From assembly GCA_965220035.1 (NCBI GenBank), contig CBDCPC010000001.1:1640118-1704117 (forward strand): a stretch of DNA of 64,000 nt, given 5' to 3'. Position numbers and translations under genes: made by a program. This document shows, in pieces, positions 32,740 through 43,157 of this stretch (positions within the stretch are counted from its first letter, which is position 1; every line of letters starts with the position of its first letter). The DNA is from Acidimicrobiales bacterium. Lineage in GTDB: Bacteria; Actinomycetota; Acidimicrobiia; Acidimicrobiales; CATQHL01. The notes under the pieces are model-generated. The model saw nothing but the letters and a program-made list of their open reading frames with translations. It was not told where the DNA came from and searched no databases.

Positions 32740-32850
32740 GGCGACACGGCCAAGTGGACGGGCTTGATTTCGACGGCCAACTTCAAGCCGTGCGCCTCTG
32801 ATGTACTCGGCGGAGGCAGCTCAGTAGTCCTCAATCGTCGGAGTGGCCAA
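32740..32850 (-). pseudogene. Possible type II restriction endonuclease remnant
   Basis: Fragments MATPTIEDY* and SEAHGLKLAVEIKPVHLAV (E-x-K of PD-(D/E)xK) immediately downstream of the MTase. Confidence 0.3.
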
Positions 32851-33997
32851 CTCTCCCAAGTGGTCTACCCGAGCAAGACCTGTGGGGTCTGGCGATCGAG
32901 CCACAACTCAGGCCGTACGGTCCAAGGCCAGTTGACTCGGTGAGTCGAGGGCGTCGCACCCTCTTGACGGAGTGCTCGAAGTAGACCGGGTCGATCTCGC
33001 GGCCCACACTGTTGCGGCTCCAGGCCGCTGCTGCGGCAGCGGTCGTGCCGGTGCCCAGGAATGGGTTGTAGACCGTGTCTCCGACGAACGAGAACATGCG
33101 GATCAGACGCTCGGCCAGGCTGCGGGGGAAAGGCGCTGGGTGGTCCCGTGTCGATGCGCCGGTGATGCGCCAGATCTGCTGGAACCATTCCGCATGGTCC
33201 TCGGCTGGAAGGATGGACAGGAGCCTTGTGGCCAGCTCGGGCTTGCGGTATCCGCCGGGCTTGCGCTGCAGCAGGATGTACTCGATGTCGTTCTTGATGA
33301 CGCCATTCGGCTCGTAGGGCTTGCCATAGAATCCGCCGGCGCCCATCTCGTATTTCGCGTTGGCGATCTTGTGCCAGATGATCGGCGCGAGGTTGTCGAA
33401 TCCGAGCAGGCGGCAGCGCTCTTGGATGCTGGCATGCAGCGGGAACACCAGATGCCGTCCGAACGCCTTGCGCGACACGTTGACGTCCCCGACGACGACC
33501 ACCATCCGTCCGCCGGGGACGAGGGCGCGATGGACGCGGCGCCACACCTCGTCGAGTTTGTCCAAGAACTCCTCATAGTCCTCAACCTGGCCCAGTTGGC
33601 CGGCTTGATCGTTGTATTCCTTGAGAGTCCAGTAGGGAGGAGAGGTGACCACGAGTTCGACACTGTCGGGCGCAAGCTCCAAGCGTCGGCTGTCCCCAAG
33701 GTGGATCAAGTGGGCGCTCGGGAGGTTCTGGACAGCCCGAGTGATCACCGCGCACGCGTCCGGTTCTTTCGCAATTGTCGGGAACCCTCGCTGGGGCTCG
33801 GCAGTGACACGCTCGAGAAGCGGCGGGGGTGCCGCCGCCACGACCGCCGCCGGGTTGGTCGGCGAGCCCAACTCGATCCGCTGCCGGGCTGGGCGCTCTG
33901 GTTCGACCCCGCTGATGCTCATCAGCACACTGTTACTCAAGGGCCGTTCCCCTAGTCTTCCAGGACTCGCTTCAGGCCTAGTGCCACGGTAGTCCAA
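32831..33997 (-). CDS. Site-specific DNA methyltransferase (beta-class N4-C/N6-A)
   Basis: VTSPPY catalytic motif before HPAPFP and NPFLGTGTT SAM-binding motif (usually DPF). Confidence 0.88.
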   Translation of the reverse strand: MDYRGTRPEASPGRLGERPLSNSVLMSISGVEPERPARQRIELGSPTNPAAVVAAAPPPLLERVTAEPQRGFPTIAKEPDACAVITRAVQNLPSAHLIHLGDSRRLELAPDSVELVVTSPPYWTLKEYNDQAGQLGQVEDYEEFLDKLDEVWRRVHRALVPGGRMVVVVGDVNVSRKAFGRHLVFPLHASIQERCRLLGFDNLAPIIWHKIANAKYEMGAGGFYGKPYEPNGVIKNDIEYILLQRKPGGYRKPELATRLLSILPAEDHAEWFQQIWRITGASTRDHPAPFPRSLAERLIRMFSFVGDTVYNPFLGTGTTAAAAAAWSRNSVGREIDPVYFEHSVKRVRRPRLTESTGLGPYGLSCGSIARPHRSCSGRPLGRVGHSDD

Positions 33998-34101
33998 CCT
34001 CCTAGGACCGATTGTTCATCCATTTACAATGCGTTTCGATATAATATCTTATGTTTGCAGTGCGACAACGCATATTCTGGCGCCAAGCGGCGGTTTGGGC
34101 G

Positions 34102-36045
34102 CTACCGCTCGCTGTCCCGTGAGCGGCCGGGTTGTGGGCCGTCGGCCGGGTCTTCGAGGGCTTCGACGGCGGTCTCCCAGCGGGCGAGGAGGGTTGCCGC
34201 CCGTTCGGCGGCCGCTTCGTGGGCCGTGGCGAGGGCACGGACCTCCTCGGGGCGGCTGTAGATCTCGGGGTCGCTGAGCTGCTGCAACAGAGCAGCCACG
34301 TCTGCGTCGGCTCTTGCGCAGTCTCGCTCCAGCCTGGCGATGCGGCGCTGCAACCCGTCGGCTTGCTGCCTCCGGCGGGCGCCGGCTTTCCGTCGCTCGC
34401 TGCGGGCGTTGCCGGTGCGGTTGCCGGGAGGCTCGGTTCCGCCGCTAGCGGGCGGGCTCAGCAAGAGCGACTCGTCCACGCCGTGGTGCCACGTGGCCCT
34501 CCCGTTGCGCACCTCGATGAGGGCGTCGGCGGTGGAGCGGATCAGGTGGCGGTCGTGGGTGACGAGAAGCACCGTGCCGGGGTAGGCGGTCAGGGCGTCC
34601 TCCAGTACATCGCAGCTCGGCAGGTCGAGATGGTTGGTGGGCTCGTCGAGAACGATGAGGTTGACCGGCTCGACCATCGTGCGGGCCAGCGCCAGGCGCG
34701 TGCGCTCCCCGCCGGACAGTTCGCCGACGCGCCGGTCGGCCGCGTCGCCGGGGAAGCCGAAGGCACCGAGCATCGAGCGCACGTTGCGCTTGCCGAAGTC
34801 GATGCCGTGCGAGAACACCTCGATGGCCCGCTTGGTCTCGTCGAGTTCGTCGGCCTGGTGCTGCTCGAAGGCGGCAATCTTCACGTTTGTGCCCAGGTGC
34901 GCTTCGCCGCTGCTGGGGGCGAGTTCGCCGAGGACGAGGCGCAGCAGCGTGGTCTTGCCGGCGCCGTTCGGGCCGACGAGGGCGACCGTCTGGCCCCGTT
35001 CAACCGCCAGAGTCACGTCCGAGATGACCGGTTCGGGGTCGTCGTCGTAGCCCACGGTGGCGTCGGTGAGTTCGATCACAACCCGACCCGACCGGGGTGG
35101 TTCCTCGAAAGCGAACCGGGCGACGAGTTCGCTCCGGCTCGGCGCGGCGATGCGGTCCAGCTTCTCGAGGGTCTTCACCCGGCTCTGCACCTGACGGGCC
35201 TTGGTGGCCTTGTAGCGGAAGCGTTCGATGAACCGCTCCACCCGGGCCACCTCGCGTGCCTGCCGGGTGGCGGCGGCCTCGATGCGGGCCAGGCGCTCCT
35301 CCCGGGCGACCACGAACTCTGCGAACCCTCCGACGTAGGCCGTGGCGGTTCCCTCGGCCAGTTCGATCACGCGGTTGGCGACGGCATCGATGAAGTCGCG
35401 GTCGTGGCTCACGAACAGCAGCGCGCCCGGCCAGGCCGCCAGCCGTTGCTCCAGCCATGCCGCCGAGTCGATGTCGAGGTGGTTGGTGGGCTCGTCGAGG
35501 ATCAGGACGTCGGGCCGGGCGACCAGCAGCCGGGCGAGCGCCACCCGCATCCGCCAGCCCCCGGAGAGTTCCCGCACCGGGCGCCCGGCATCGGTGGGGG
35601 CGAAGCCGAGCCCGGCCAGTACCTTGCCGACCTCGGCCTCCAATGCGTACCCCCCGAGCTGCTCGAACCGGCCCTGCGTCTCGCCGTAGCGGGCCAGGAC
35701 GGCCTCGTCGTCCTCGGCGGGCGCGGCGAGCCGGCGCTCCAGGTCGGCGAGTTGCTCTGCAAGACGGGCGATGGGTCCCGCTCTGGCCAGGACCTGCTCG
35801 TGCACGGTGCCGTCGGCCGAGGTGCTGAGGTCCTGGGGCAGGTAGCCGATCTCGGTATCTCGGGGTCGGATGACGGTGCCCTCGTCGGGTTCGCCGGTCC
35901 CGACAAGGATCTCCAGCAGTGTCGTCTTGCCGGTGCCGTTGCCGCCCACCAGCGCCACCCGCCGCCCAGCGGCGAGCTGCACGGAGACGTCGGCGAACAA
36001 CCGCCGGATGCCGTAGGACTTGGACAGTCCAGAAGCGGCGAGCAT
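34102..36045 (-). CDS. ABC-F family ATP-binding protein
   Basis: Two NBDs (GGNGTGKT / LSGGW / DEPTNHLD; GPNGAGKT / LSGGE), no TM segments, C-terminal coiled coil. Confidence 0.93.
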   Translation of the reverse strand: MLAASGLSKSYGIRRLFADVSVQLAAGRRVALVGGNGTGKTTLLEILVGTGEPDEGTVIRPRDTEIGYLPQDLSTSADGTVHEQVLARAGPIARLAEQLADLERRLAAPAEDDEAVLARYGETQGRFEQLGGYALEAEVGKVLAGLGFAPTDAGRPVRELSGGWRMRVALARLLVARPDVLILDEPTNHLDIDSAAWLEQRLAAWPGALLFVSHDRDFIDAVANRVIELAEGTATAYVGGFAEFVVAREERLARIEAAATRQAREVARVERFIERFRYKATKARQVQSRVKTLEKLDRIAAPSRSELVARFAFEEPPRSGRVVIELTDATVGYDDDPEPVISDVTLAVERGQTVALVGPNGAGKTTLLRLVLGELAPSSGEAHLGTNVKIAAFEQHQADELDETKRAIEVFSHGIDFGKRNVRSMLGAFGFPGDAADRRVGELSGGERTRLALARTMVEPVNLIVLDEPTNHLDLPSCDVLEDALTAYPGTVLLVTHDRHLIRSTADALIEVRNGRATWHHGVDESLLLSPPASGGTEPPGNRTGNARSERRKAGARRRQQADGLQRRIARLERDCARADADVAALLQQLSDPEIYSRPEEVRALATAHEAAAERAATLLARWETAVEALEDPADGPQPGRSRDSER

Positions 36046-36054
36046 CGTCGCAGG

Positions 36055-36170
36055 CTAGGGGTGTGCTGAGTAGTTCTTCCGCACAGCCGGTCTGGCTGCT
36101 GGACCATGGATCCCGGCCTCCGCCGGGATGACGCGAACGTCGGTCCGCGGCATTACTCAGCAGTCTCCCA
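36055..36170. mobile_element. MITE-like element with imperfect TIRs enclosing a REP hairpin
   Basis: Left CTAGGGGTGTGCTGAGTAGT versus reverse complement of the right end CTGGGAGACTGCTGAGTAAT (15/20); REP at 36107-36132. Confidence 0.55.
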
Positions 36171-36186
36171 GGGACGGCTCCGGGTG

Positions 36187-37578
36187 TCAGACGTTCTTGC
36201 CGAGGGTGGTGGCGGGGCTGGGGGTCTGGCCCTGCAGGGCGCGGCGGCGGGCGAAGAGCTCCTCGGCGGCGGCCTGCGCCCGCTCGGCGACGGCGGCCAC
36301 GTCCACCGAGACGACCTCGCCGCCGGCCACCAGGTGACGTCCCTGCACCCACACGTCGCTCACGTCGTGCGCCGAGGCGGAGAACACCAGGTGTGCCGGG
36401 GCGTTGAAGTCCTCGCCACCCAGGAGCGGCACGAAATGCAGGCTGCGCAGGTCCACCAGCACGATGTCGGCGTCCTTGCCCTCCTCCAGAGTGCCCGTCA
36501 CGTCGCCGAGCCCCAGCGCCTCGGCCCCCGAGCGCGTGGCCATGTCCAGGATGTCCCACGGATCGCCCACCGTGGGATCCAGCGTGGACACCTTCGCCAG
36601 CAGCGAGGCGAACTTCATCTCCTCGAGCATGTCGAGGTTGTTGTTCTCCTTCTCGCCGTCGGTGCCGAGCGCCACTGTCACGCCCTGGCTGCGGTAGAAG
36701 CCCACCCGGGCCGGACCCGAGGAGATCTTCATGTTCGAGCACGGGCAGTGGGTGACCGCCGTCCCGGTCTCGGCCAGGATCCGCACCTCCCGGTCGTCCA
36801 GCCACACGCCGTGGGCGATGACCGTGGACGGGCCCAGGATGCCCCGCTGGTAGAACTCCTCGATGGGGCGCCGGCCGAACTGCCGCAGGCACTCCTGCAC
36901 CTCCCAGATGGACTCCGAGGAGTGGGTGTGGATGCCCGTGCCGAACTCAGCGGCGAGGGCGGCGGCGCCGCGGAACATGTCGGCGGAGCAGTAGAAGATG
37001 TGCTCGAGGCCCACCCAACTGCGCACTCTGCCCCCGGCGGCGCTGAGATGGGTCTCCAGCAGGCGCCGGTTGGTCTCCAACGTCTCGAAGTAGTCGTACA
37101 GGTCAGCGGTGTACGGAGCCAGCGTGGCCCGGATGCCGATCGCCTCGGCAGCCCGTGCCGAGCCCTCCATGTACCGCCACATGTCGAGCACCGAGGTGGT
37201 GCCGCCGCGCAGCCCCTCGGTGTAGGCCATCCAGGAAGCCGCCTCGGCGATCTCCGGAGTGAGGGCCCGGTGCGCCGGGTCGATGTGGTTCTCCAACCAT
37301 TCCCACAGCGCCAGCGACTCGGCGGTGCCACGCAGCAGGCCCGAATGCAGGTGGCAGTTGTGCAGACCCGGGATCACGGCGTGCCGGTCGGCGTCGATGG
37401 TGTTGAGGTGCGCCGCGGCGGGGTGGCGGTCCACTTCCTCGACGCTGCCGACGGCGGCGATCCTGCCGTCGAGCACCAGTACCGAGCCTGGGTCGTGGTA
37501 TTCGTGCCGTCCCTCCATCGGCAGCACGATGCCCCCGCTGATGAGGAAGGATCGGTCGGGGTCCGGAGTGGCGGCCAT
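36187..37578 (-). CDS. Amidohydrolase, MTA/SAH or nucleoside deaminase-like
   Basis: PGLHNCHLH, HTHSSE, HCPCSNMK, LGTDG; AAGGAG RBS. Confidence 0.88.
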   Translation of the reverse strand: MAATPDPDRSFLISGGIVLPMEGRHEYHDPGSVLVLDGRIAAVGSVEEVDRHPAAAHLNTIDADRHAVIPGLHNCHLHSGLLRGTAESLALWEWLENHIDPAHRALTPEIAEAASWMAYTEGLRGGTTSVLDMWRYMEGSARAAEAIGIRATLAPYTADLYDYFETLETNRRLLETHLSAAGGRVRSWVGLEHIFYCSADMFRGAAALAAEFGTGIHTHSSESIWEVQECLRQFGRRPIEEFYQRGILGPSTVIAHGVWLDDREVRILAETGTAVTHCPCSNMKISSGPARVGFYRSQGVTVALGTDGEKENNNLDMLEEMKFASLLAKVSTLDPTVGDPWDILDMATRSGAEALGLGDVTGTLEEGKDADIVLVDLRSLHFVPLLGGEDFNAPAHLVFSASAHDVSDVWVQGRHLVAGGEVVSVDVAAVAERAQAAAEELFARRRALQGQTPSPATTLGKNV

Positions 37579-37685
37579 GTTTGCTCCTTGCTGCGGGACG
37601 GTTCGATTCGGTTCCGGCGGGACGATTGCGGTGGTGTTGCGAGATTGGCGGCGCGGGTTGCAGCCGGCGGTTGGGGGGTCGGGGT

Positions 37686-38624
37686 CTACCGGTCGGGCAC
37701 GTAGTTGAAGCCCAGAGACTTGGGCATGCGCGCCCGGCGGGCGCCGATGACCAGGATGATCAGCGCTACGAGGAACGGGATCGTCTGCAGCGCCTCGGTC
37801 GGCACGCTGTCCGAGACGATGTTGCGCAGGTTCGTGCCGAGGGCGTCGGCGAGCCCGAAGGCGAACGAGCCGACCGCCACGCCCCACGCCGACCAGCGCA
37901 CCATGATGATGACGATCAGGGCGATGAACCCCCGCCCGGCGGTGATTCCCGGCTCGAACACGCCCACCAGCGCCGTGGTGATGGCGGCACCGCCGAGTCC
38001 GGCGAGCAGGCCCGAGATCAAGGTGGCGATCGAGCGCACCCGGATCACGTCGACGCCCCGGGCGAAGGCCGCATCCGGATCCTCGCCCACTGCTCGCACC
38101 TCCAAGCCGAACACCGTTCGCTGAGCCACCCACCACACGACCGGCACCATCCCGAGGGCCAGCCACGTCATCCAGCTGTTGGACAGGAAGGCCTCACCCA
38201 GGAACGGGATGTCCGACAGGCCGGGGATGTGGATCTCGCCCAGGATGTTCACCCGACGCCGCTCGCCACCCAGCGGGGTGGTGAGACGGAAGATGTATCC
38301 GGTGAGGCCGACCCCCAGGATCGTGAGCCCGAAGCCGACCACGACCTGGTTGGCGTTGAGGCGGACGCACAGCCACACCATCAGCAGCGCCAGTGCCGCG
38401 CCGGCCAACGCGCCGGCCAGGAGGCCCACGACGATGCCTGACTCGACCGTCACGTACAGCGACGCGAGGGCGCCGATGATCATGAATCCCTCCAGGCCGA
38501 TGTTCAGCACGCCGGCCCGCTGGGCGATGGTCTCGCCCAGGGAGGCGAAGATGAGCGGCGTGGCCAGCCGCATGCCGCCGGAGAAGGTGGCGGTCCAGAA
38601 CGTCAGCTCGGCCAGCTTGCCCAC
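37686..38624 (-). CDS. Nucleoside ABC transporter permease
   Basis: ATPLIFASLGE..RAGVLNIGLEG, RAVGEDP, GRGFIAL. Confidence 0.9.
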   Translation of the reverse strand: MGKLAELTFWTATFSGGMRLATPLIFASLGETIAQRAGVLNIGLEGFMIIGALASLYVTVESGIVVGLLAGALAGAALALLMVWLCVRLNANQVVVGFGLTILGVGLTGYIFRLTTPLGGERRRVNILGEIHIPGLSDIPFLGEAFLSNSWMTWLALGMVPVVWWVAQRTVFGLEVRAVGEDPDAAFARGVDVIRVRSIATLISGLLAGLGGAAITTALVGVFEPGITAGRGFIALIVIIMVRWSAWGVAVGSFAFGLADALGTNLRNIVSDSVPTEALQTIPFLVALIILVIGARRARMPKSLGFNYVPDR

Positions 38625-38625
38625 G

Positions 38626-39840
38626 TCAGGACTCCTCCGACCCCTCGCGGCCGCCGCCGACCCCGGCTGTGCCGCTACGACCCCAGGCCGCCATGACACC
38701 CACCGACTCGCTGACCGAGCGCACCACGCGGCGGGCGATGGCGGCGATCTGTGGGGCGTACCGGACCGCGAACCCCAGCAGGATCAGCGCCTGGATGACG
38801 TCGCTCAGCGAGGCGGGGATGCCCTCGACGGACTGCATGTGCAACCCGCCCGCCTGCAGCGCCCCCACCAGTAGTGCCGCCGCCAGGATGCCCAGGGGTC
38901 GAGCCCCACCCAGCATCGCCACCACCAGACCGAAGAAGCCGATCTCCTCGGCGATGTCCACGAACAGCCGCTGCAGCAGCCCCGCCGCCTGCAGCCACCC
39001 CGCCAGCCCCGCCAGAGCCCCCGAGATGAGCAGCGAGTTGAGGATGATGCGCCGCCCGCTGATACCGAGGCTGTGCGCCAGGCGAGGGTTCTCGCCGAAC
39101 AGGTCGTAGCGGTAGCCCATCGTCGAGCGTGTCCACAAGCCGAACAGCAGAACCATCACCACTACTGCCAGCACGCCGGCGTGCAGCCGGGTGCTTGCAA
39201 CGAGATCGCCGAGAGCGGCATTCTCCGCGAAGGGCTCGGACTTCGGCGTGATGGCACGCGGTTCCTTGAGGGGTCCGTTCAGCAGATACGTCAGCAGCAG
39301 GAAGGCGAACTCGTTGAACAGCAGCGTGGACAGGATCTCGTTGACGTTCAGGTGGGCTCGCAGCAGGGCCGGAATCACCACCCACACCATCCCGAACACC
39401 GCGCCCCCGACGGCCGCCAGCGGGATCGCGGCAGCCGACGGGGCGTCCTGCAGCAGGAACCCCGTCACGAGAGCGCCGATGCTGCCGGCGATGAGCTGAC
39501 CCTGCGCGCCAATGGTGATGACGCCCGCGCGGAGGGCCACCGCAGCACCGAGGCCGACGATCGCCAGCGGTGCGGCCCGCGCCAGCGTCTCGCCGATGGC
39601 GAACCAGTCGCCGAAGCTGCCCGCCAGGATCGCGCCGTAGGCGGCGAGCGGGTTCTGCCCCGATCCCGCCAGGATGGCCGCGCCGAGCGCCAGGGCGATC
39701 ACCACCGCCAGGATGCTGGTGCCCAGGCCGATGGTGGCCTTCTCGAACGCCGTGTCGGCGCGCAGCGGTCCGGGGCCGTCGCCGCCGCCGACCGTTCCTC
39801 CTGTTCCGGCGCCGGGCGTGCCCCCCGCGGTCACGCTCAC
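38626..39840 (-). CDS. Nucleoside ABC transporter permease
   Basis: TIGAQGQ, VNEILSTLL, GENP, GFFGLVVAMLG. Confidence 0.9.
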   Translation of the reverse strand: MSVTAGGTPGAGTGGTVGGGDGPGPLRADTAFEKATIGLGTSILAVVIALALGAAILAGSGQNPLAAYGAILAGSFGDWFAIGETLARAAPLAIVGLGAAVALRAGVITIGAQGQLIAGSIGALVTGFLLQDAPSAAAIPLAAVGGAVFGMVWVVIPALLRAHLNVNEILSTLLFNEFAFLLLTYLLNGPLKEPRAITPKSEPFAENAALGDLVASTRLHAGVLAVVVMVLLFGLWTRSTMGYRYDLFGENPRLAHSLGISGRRIILNSLLISGALAGLAGWLQAAGLLQRLFVDIAEEIGFFGLVVAMLGGARPLGILAAALLVGALQAGGLHMQSVEGIPASLSDVIQALILLGFAVRYAPQIAAIARRVVRSVSESVGVMAAWGRSGTAGVGGGREGSEES

Positions 39841-41486
39841 GAGTCGCCCTCCGGCCGGGTGGTCGGGTCCCAGTCGAGGCCCGCCATGACGGCGCCCAGG
39901 CGGGCCGATGTCATCTCCTCCACGCCGAAGCGGTCGGTCACCCGGCCGCCGCTGAGAACGACGACGCGCTGGGAGAGGTCGGCCACCTCGTCGAGATCGG
40001 CCGAGATGATGACGACCGCTCCGCCCCGCGCCGCGGCGTCGAAGCAGCGGTCGCGGATCGCCCGGCCGGCGTGAGGGTCGAGGCCCTTGGTCGGACCTGC
40101 CGCCACCAGCACGGCCGGATCCCGTTCCAACTCGCGCGCCGCCATGAGCTTCTGCTGGTTGCCTCCCGACAGCGTCGCAGCCTTCAGCGCCGGCTCCGGC
40201 GGTCGCACGTCGAAGCGCTGAGCCAGAGCGCGGGCGTGGCGCCGTATTGCCGCCCGCATCCGCACACCGAAGCGCGCGAACTCGGCGTCGGACACCCGCC
40301 GCGCGATCAGGTTGTCAGCCACGGAGAAGTCGGCGGCCAGCCCGGCGCTGCGGTCCTCCGGCAGGAGCGCGATCCCGGCGCCAATGGCGGCCGCCGGTGA
40401 GCCGGCCACGTCGATCCCGTCGACACGCACCTCCCCCTCGTCGGGGCGTATCTGCCCGGTTAGCACCGAAGCCAACTCCTCCTGGCCGTTGCCCGCAACG
40501 CCGACCACTCCGACGATCTCCCCGGCCCGCACCCGCAGCGACACGTCGCGCAGGCCGGGGCCGTGCTCGGCGGCGAAGCGCAAACCCTGGGCCTCCAGCC
40601 GCACATCGCCGAGTTCGAGGTCGGGTCGGCGGACCTCGAGCAGCGAGATGTCGCCCACCATCAACTCGGCGATGCGGCGCAGGTCGGCGCCGGCGGTGTC
40701 CTCGCCGGCGGTCACGACCCGACCCTGACGCAGCACGGTGAGACGGTCGGCCAACTCGGCCAACTCCGGCAGCCGGTGCGAGATGTAGATGATGGGTGTG
40801 CCCTCGTCCCGCAGGCGCAGGCAGAGTTCGATGAGGGCCTCGGTCTCCAGGGGCCCGAGCGCCGAACTCGGTTCGTCGAGGATCAGCAGCCGGGCGCCCC
40901 AGGCAAGGCTGATGAGGATCTCGGCCTGCTGGCGCACGGCCAGCGGCAGGCCGTCCACGAGCTGGTCCGCGGGAACCGCCAGGTCGAGTTCTCCGGCCAG
41001 CCGCTCCACCTCGGCGCGGGCGGCCCGGGCGTTGAACGGCCGCGGCCACGGCCGCCATCCACCGGCGAGGCCTGCTTCACGGCCATCCGCCTCCGTTTCA
41101 GCGTCGGCTGCCGGTGCCCCTGATTGGGCCCGCCCCACCAGCTGGCGGGGGCGGCCCAATTCGATGTTCTGCGCCACGGTAAGGCCGCGCACCAGCGAGA
41201 GTTGCTGGCGCACGTGCGCCACGCCTGCGGCCGAGCCGTCGGAGCGACGCCGGGGGTTGTAGGGCTCACCGAACAGCCGAAGGGTGCCACTGTCGGGTCG
41301 CAGGGCTCCGGCCACGATCTTGGCGAGGGTCGTCTTGCCGGCGCCGTTCTCGCCGACGAGCGCGTGGATCTCGCCGGCTCGCAGATCGAAGTCCACCCGG
41401 TCGAGCGCCTGCGTGGCGCCGAAGCTCCGCGACACCCCGACCGCCTCGAACGCGACGGCCGGCGCGACACCCGGAGGGCTTGCCAT
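39837..41486 (-). CDS. Sugar/nucleoside ABC transporter ATP-binding protein (two-domain)
   Basis: GENGAGKT, LDEPS, GVAGNGQ, LSGGNQQK; start uncertain (ORF open to 41672 through a REP copy). Confidence 0.88.
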   Translation of the reverse strand: MASPPGVAPAVAFEAVGVSRSFGATQALDRVDFDLRAGEIHALVGENGAGKTTLAKIVAGALRPDSGTLRLFGEPYNPRRRSDGSAAGVAHVRQQLSLVRGLTVAQNIELGRPRQLVGRAQSGAPAADAETEADGREAGLAGGWRPWPRPFNARAARAEVERLAGELDLAVPADQLVDGLPLAVRQQAEILISLAWGARLLILDEPSSALGPLETEALIELCLRLRDEGTPIIYISHRLPELAELADRLTVLRQGRVVTAGEDTAGADLRRIAELMVGDISLLEVRRPDLELGDVRLEAQGLRFAAEHGPGLRDVSLRVRAGEIVGVVGVAGNGQEELASVLTGQIRPDEGEVRVDGIDVAGSPAAAIGAGIALLPEDRSAGLAADFSVADNLIARRVSDAEFARFGVRMRAAIRRHARALAQRFDVRPPEPALKAATLSGGNQQKLMAARELERDPAVLVAAGPTKGLDPHAGRAIRDRCFDAAARGGAVVIISADLDEVADLSQRVVVLSGGRVTDRFGVEEMTSARLGAVMAGLDWDPTTRPEGDS

Positions 41487-41505
41487 TCCGGTCCCGGCCT
41501 GAGTC

Positions 41506-41531
41506 GTCATTCCGGCGGAGGCCGGAATCCA
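41506..41531 (+). repeat. REP hairpin between the deaminase and ABC ATPase genes
   Basis: Exact consensus. Confidence 0.9.
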
Positions 41532-41613
41532 CGCTGCCGCGGATCCAGCCGTTCCTTCAGGCTCGGCCCCACTGAGCCTCCGGTCCGGTTGGCGCGACGG
41601 CGCGAGTCGCCGC

Positions 41614-42987
41614 TCATGTCGGCGGTGGGAGCGCGGCGCGGGCGGCAGCGGCCACCTCTGCCTCGTCGACACTGACGCAGCGGCCGTCCTGCACGACGAC
41701 CTCTCCGGCGGCGATCACCAGGTCGGCGCGGTCGGACAGGCCGGTCAGCACCAGCCCGATGACAGGGTCGTGCACGCCGACGCGATCCACGGTGGTGATG
41801 TCCCAGGCGGCAAGGTCGGCGCCCGCGCCCGGCGCCACGGTGCCCAGCGCCGAGCGGCTCAGGCAGCGGGCCGAGCCACGGGTGGACATGGCCAGCAACT
41901 CGCGAGCGCTCAACCAGCGCTCGGGATCCGGGCTGTACTGACGGTGCGACAGGGCCGCCAGTCGCATGTCGCCCATCTGGTTGCCGCCGTCGTTCGAGGC
42001 CGAGCCGGTGGTGCCGAACCCCACCGTGCAGCCCCCGTCGAGCCACCACCGCACCGGCGCCGGGCGGAACCCCATGCGCAGGTCGGGAGCGATGAGGTGC
42101 ACGATCCCCACGCCGGCGGCGGCGTACTCGGGTATCTCGCCGCGGGGGGCGTCCATCATGTGTGCCAGCCACACCTTGTCGTTGTGCCAGCCCGCCTCGC
42201 CGATGACCTGCCAGGGGGATCTCCCGTAGCGCCGGCGGCAGAACTGGGTGTCCACACCCTCGTAGAGGTGGGTGTGCAGGCCCACCCCCGGGTGCTCCGC
42301 CGCCATCTCGGCGAAGGCGGCGAACAGCTCGAGGCGGTCGACGTGCGGTCCGCAGGGGGCCAGGTCGATGCGGATGCGGGCCAGCGGGTCGGGGTCGTGG
42401 TACTTCTCGATCAACTCGAGGCTGTGGCGCAGCACCTCGTCGACGCTCTGGCAGGCCGCGTCGGGCGCCTCCCCGCCCGCGCTGCGGGCGTACGTCATGG
42501 TGCCCCGTCCGGCGTTCAGGCGGATGCCCACCTCCTGCGCCACTTCGATTGTGGCCTCGATGTAGGGCGCCGTCACCCCGCCGGGGAAGAAGTAGTGCTG
42601 GTCGGCAACGGTCGTCACCCCGCAGAGCAGTGACTCCACCATGCCGGCCCTGGCCATCGTGGCGATCGTCTCGGGCGCGAAATGGCCGTCGCGCCACCAC
42701 TGCATGCAGAGCCGCCCGAGGCCCTTCAACCACTCCGGGAGCAGGGTCCGCTCGAGTTCGGGGATGCAACGCAGACCCACCTGGTAGAGGTGCTGGTGGG
42801 CGTTGACGAGACCCGGCAGCACGAGCAGCCGGGAGGCGTCGATGACGGTCTCTCCGGCCTGCGGCTCGAGGTCGCCGATCTCGGCGATGCGGCCGTCGGC
42901 GACGCGGACATCGACGTCGCGCAACTCGCGGTCGTCGGCGTCGAAGGTGAGGAGATACGCGATGTCAGTCAGCAGCAGCCCGGGCAC
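41614..42987 (-). CDS. Amidohydrolase, 8-oxoguanine deaminase / AtzB-like
   Basis: PGLVNAHQHLYQ, GVTTVADQHY, DLAPCGP, LHTHLYE, GSASNDG. Confidence 0.85.
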   Translation of the reverse strand: MPGLLLTDIAYLLTFDADDRELRDVDVRVADGRIAEIGDLEPQAGETVIDASRLLVLPGLVNAHQHLYQVGLRCIPELERTLLPEWLKGLGRLCMQWWRDGHFAPETIATMARAGMVESLLCGVTTVADQHYFFPGGVTAPYIEATIEVAQEVGIRLNAGRGTMTYARSAGGEAPDAACQSVDEVLRHSLELIEKYHDPDPLARIRIDLAPCGPHVDRLELFAAFAEMAAEHPGVGLHTHLYEGVDTQFCRRRYGRSPWQVIGEAGWHNDKVWLAHMMDAPRGEIPEYAAAGVGIVHLIAPDLRMGFRPAPVRWWLDGGCTVGFGTTGSASNDGGNQMGDMRLAALSHRQYSPDPERWLSARELLAMSTRGSARCLSRSALGTVAPGAGADLAAWDITTVDRVGVHDPVIGLVLTGLSDRADLVIAAGEVVVQDGRCVSVDEAEVAAAARAALPPPT

Positions 42988-43157
42988 GGGCGTCAGTCTG
43001 GCAAAATCGGCGGGACCGCGGGAGGAATGATCGTGACACCGTGTACTCGGAGGCTCCCAGCCCCTCACTGCCCGCCCTCGCGCATGGACGATGTTGCGGT
43101 CGCACGCGGTACGACGACCGGCGGGAGCCCGGCCGCCGGGCACTGGAACGACAGACG

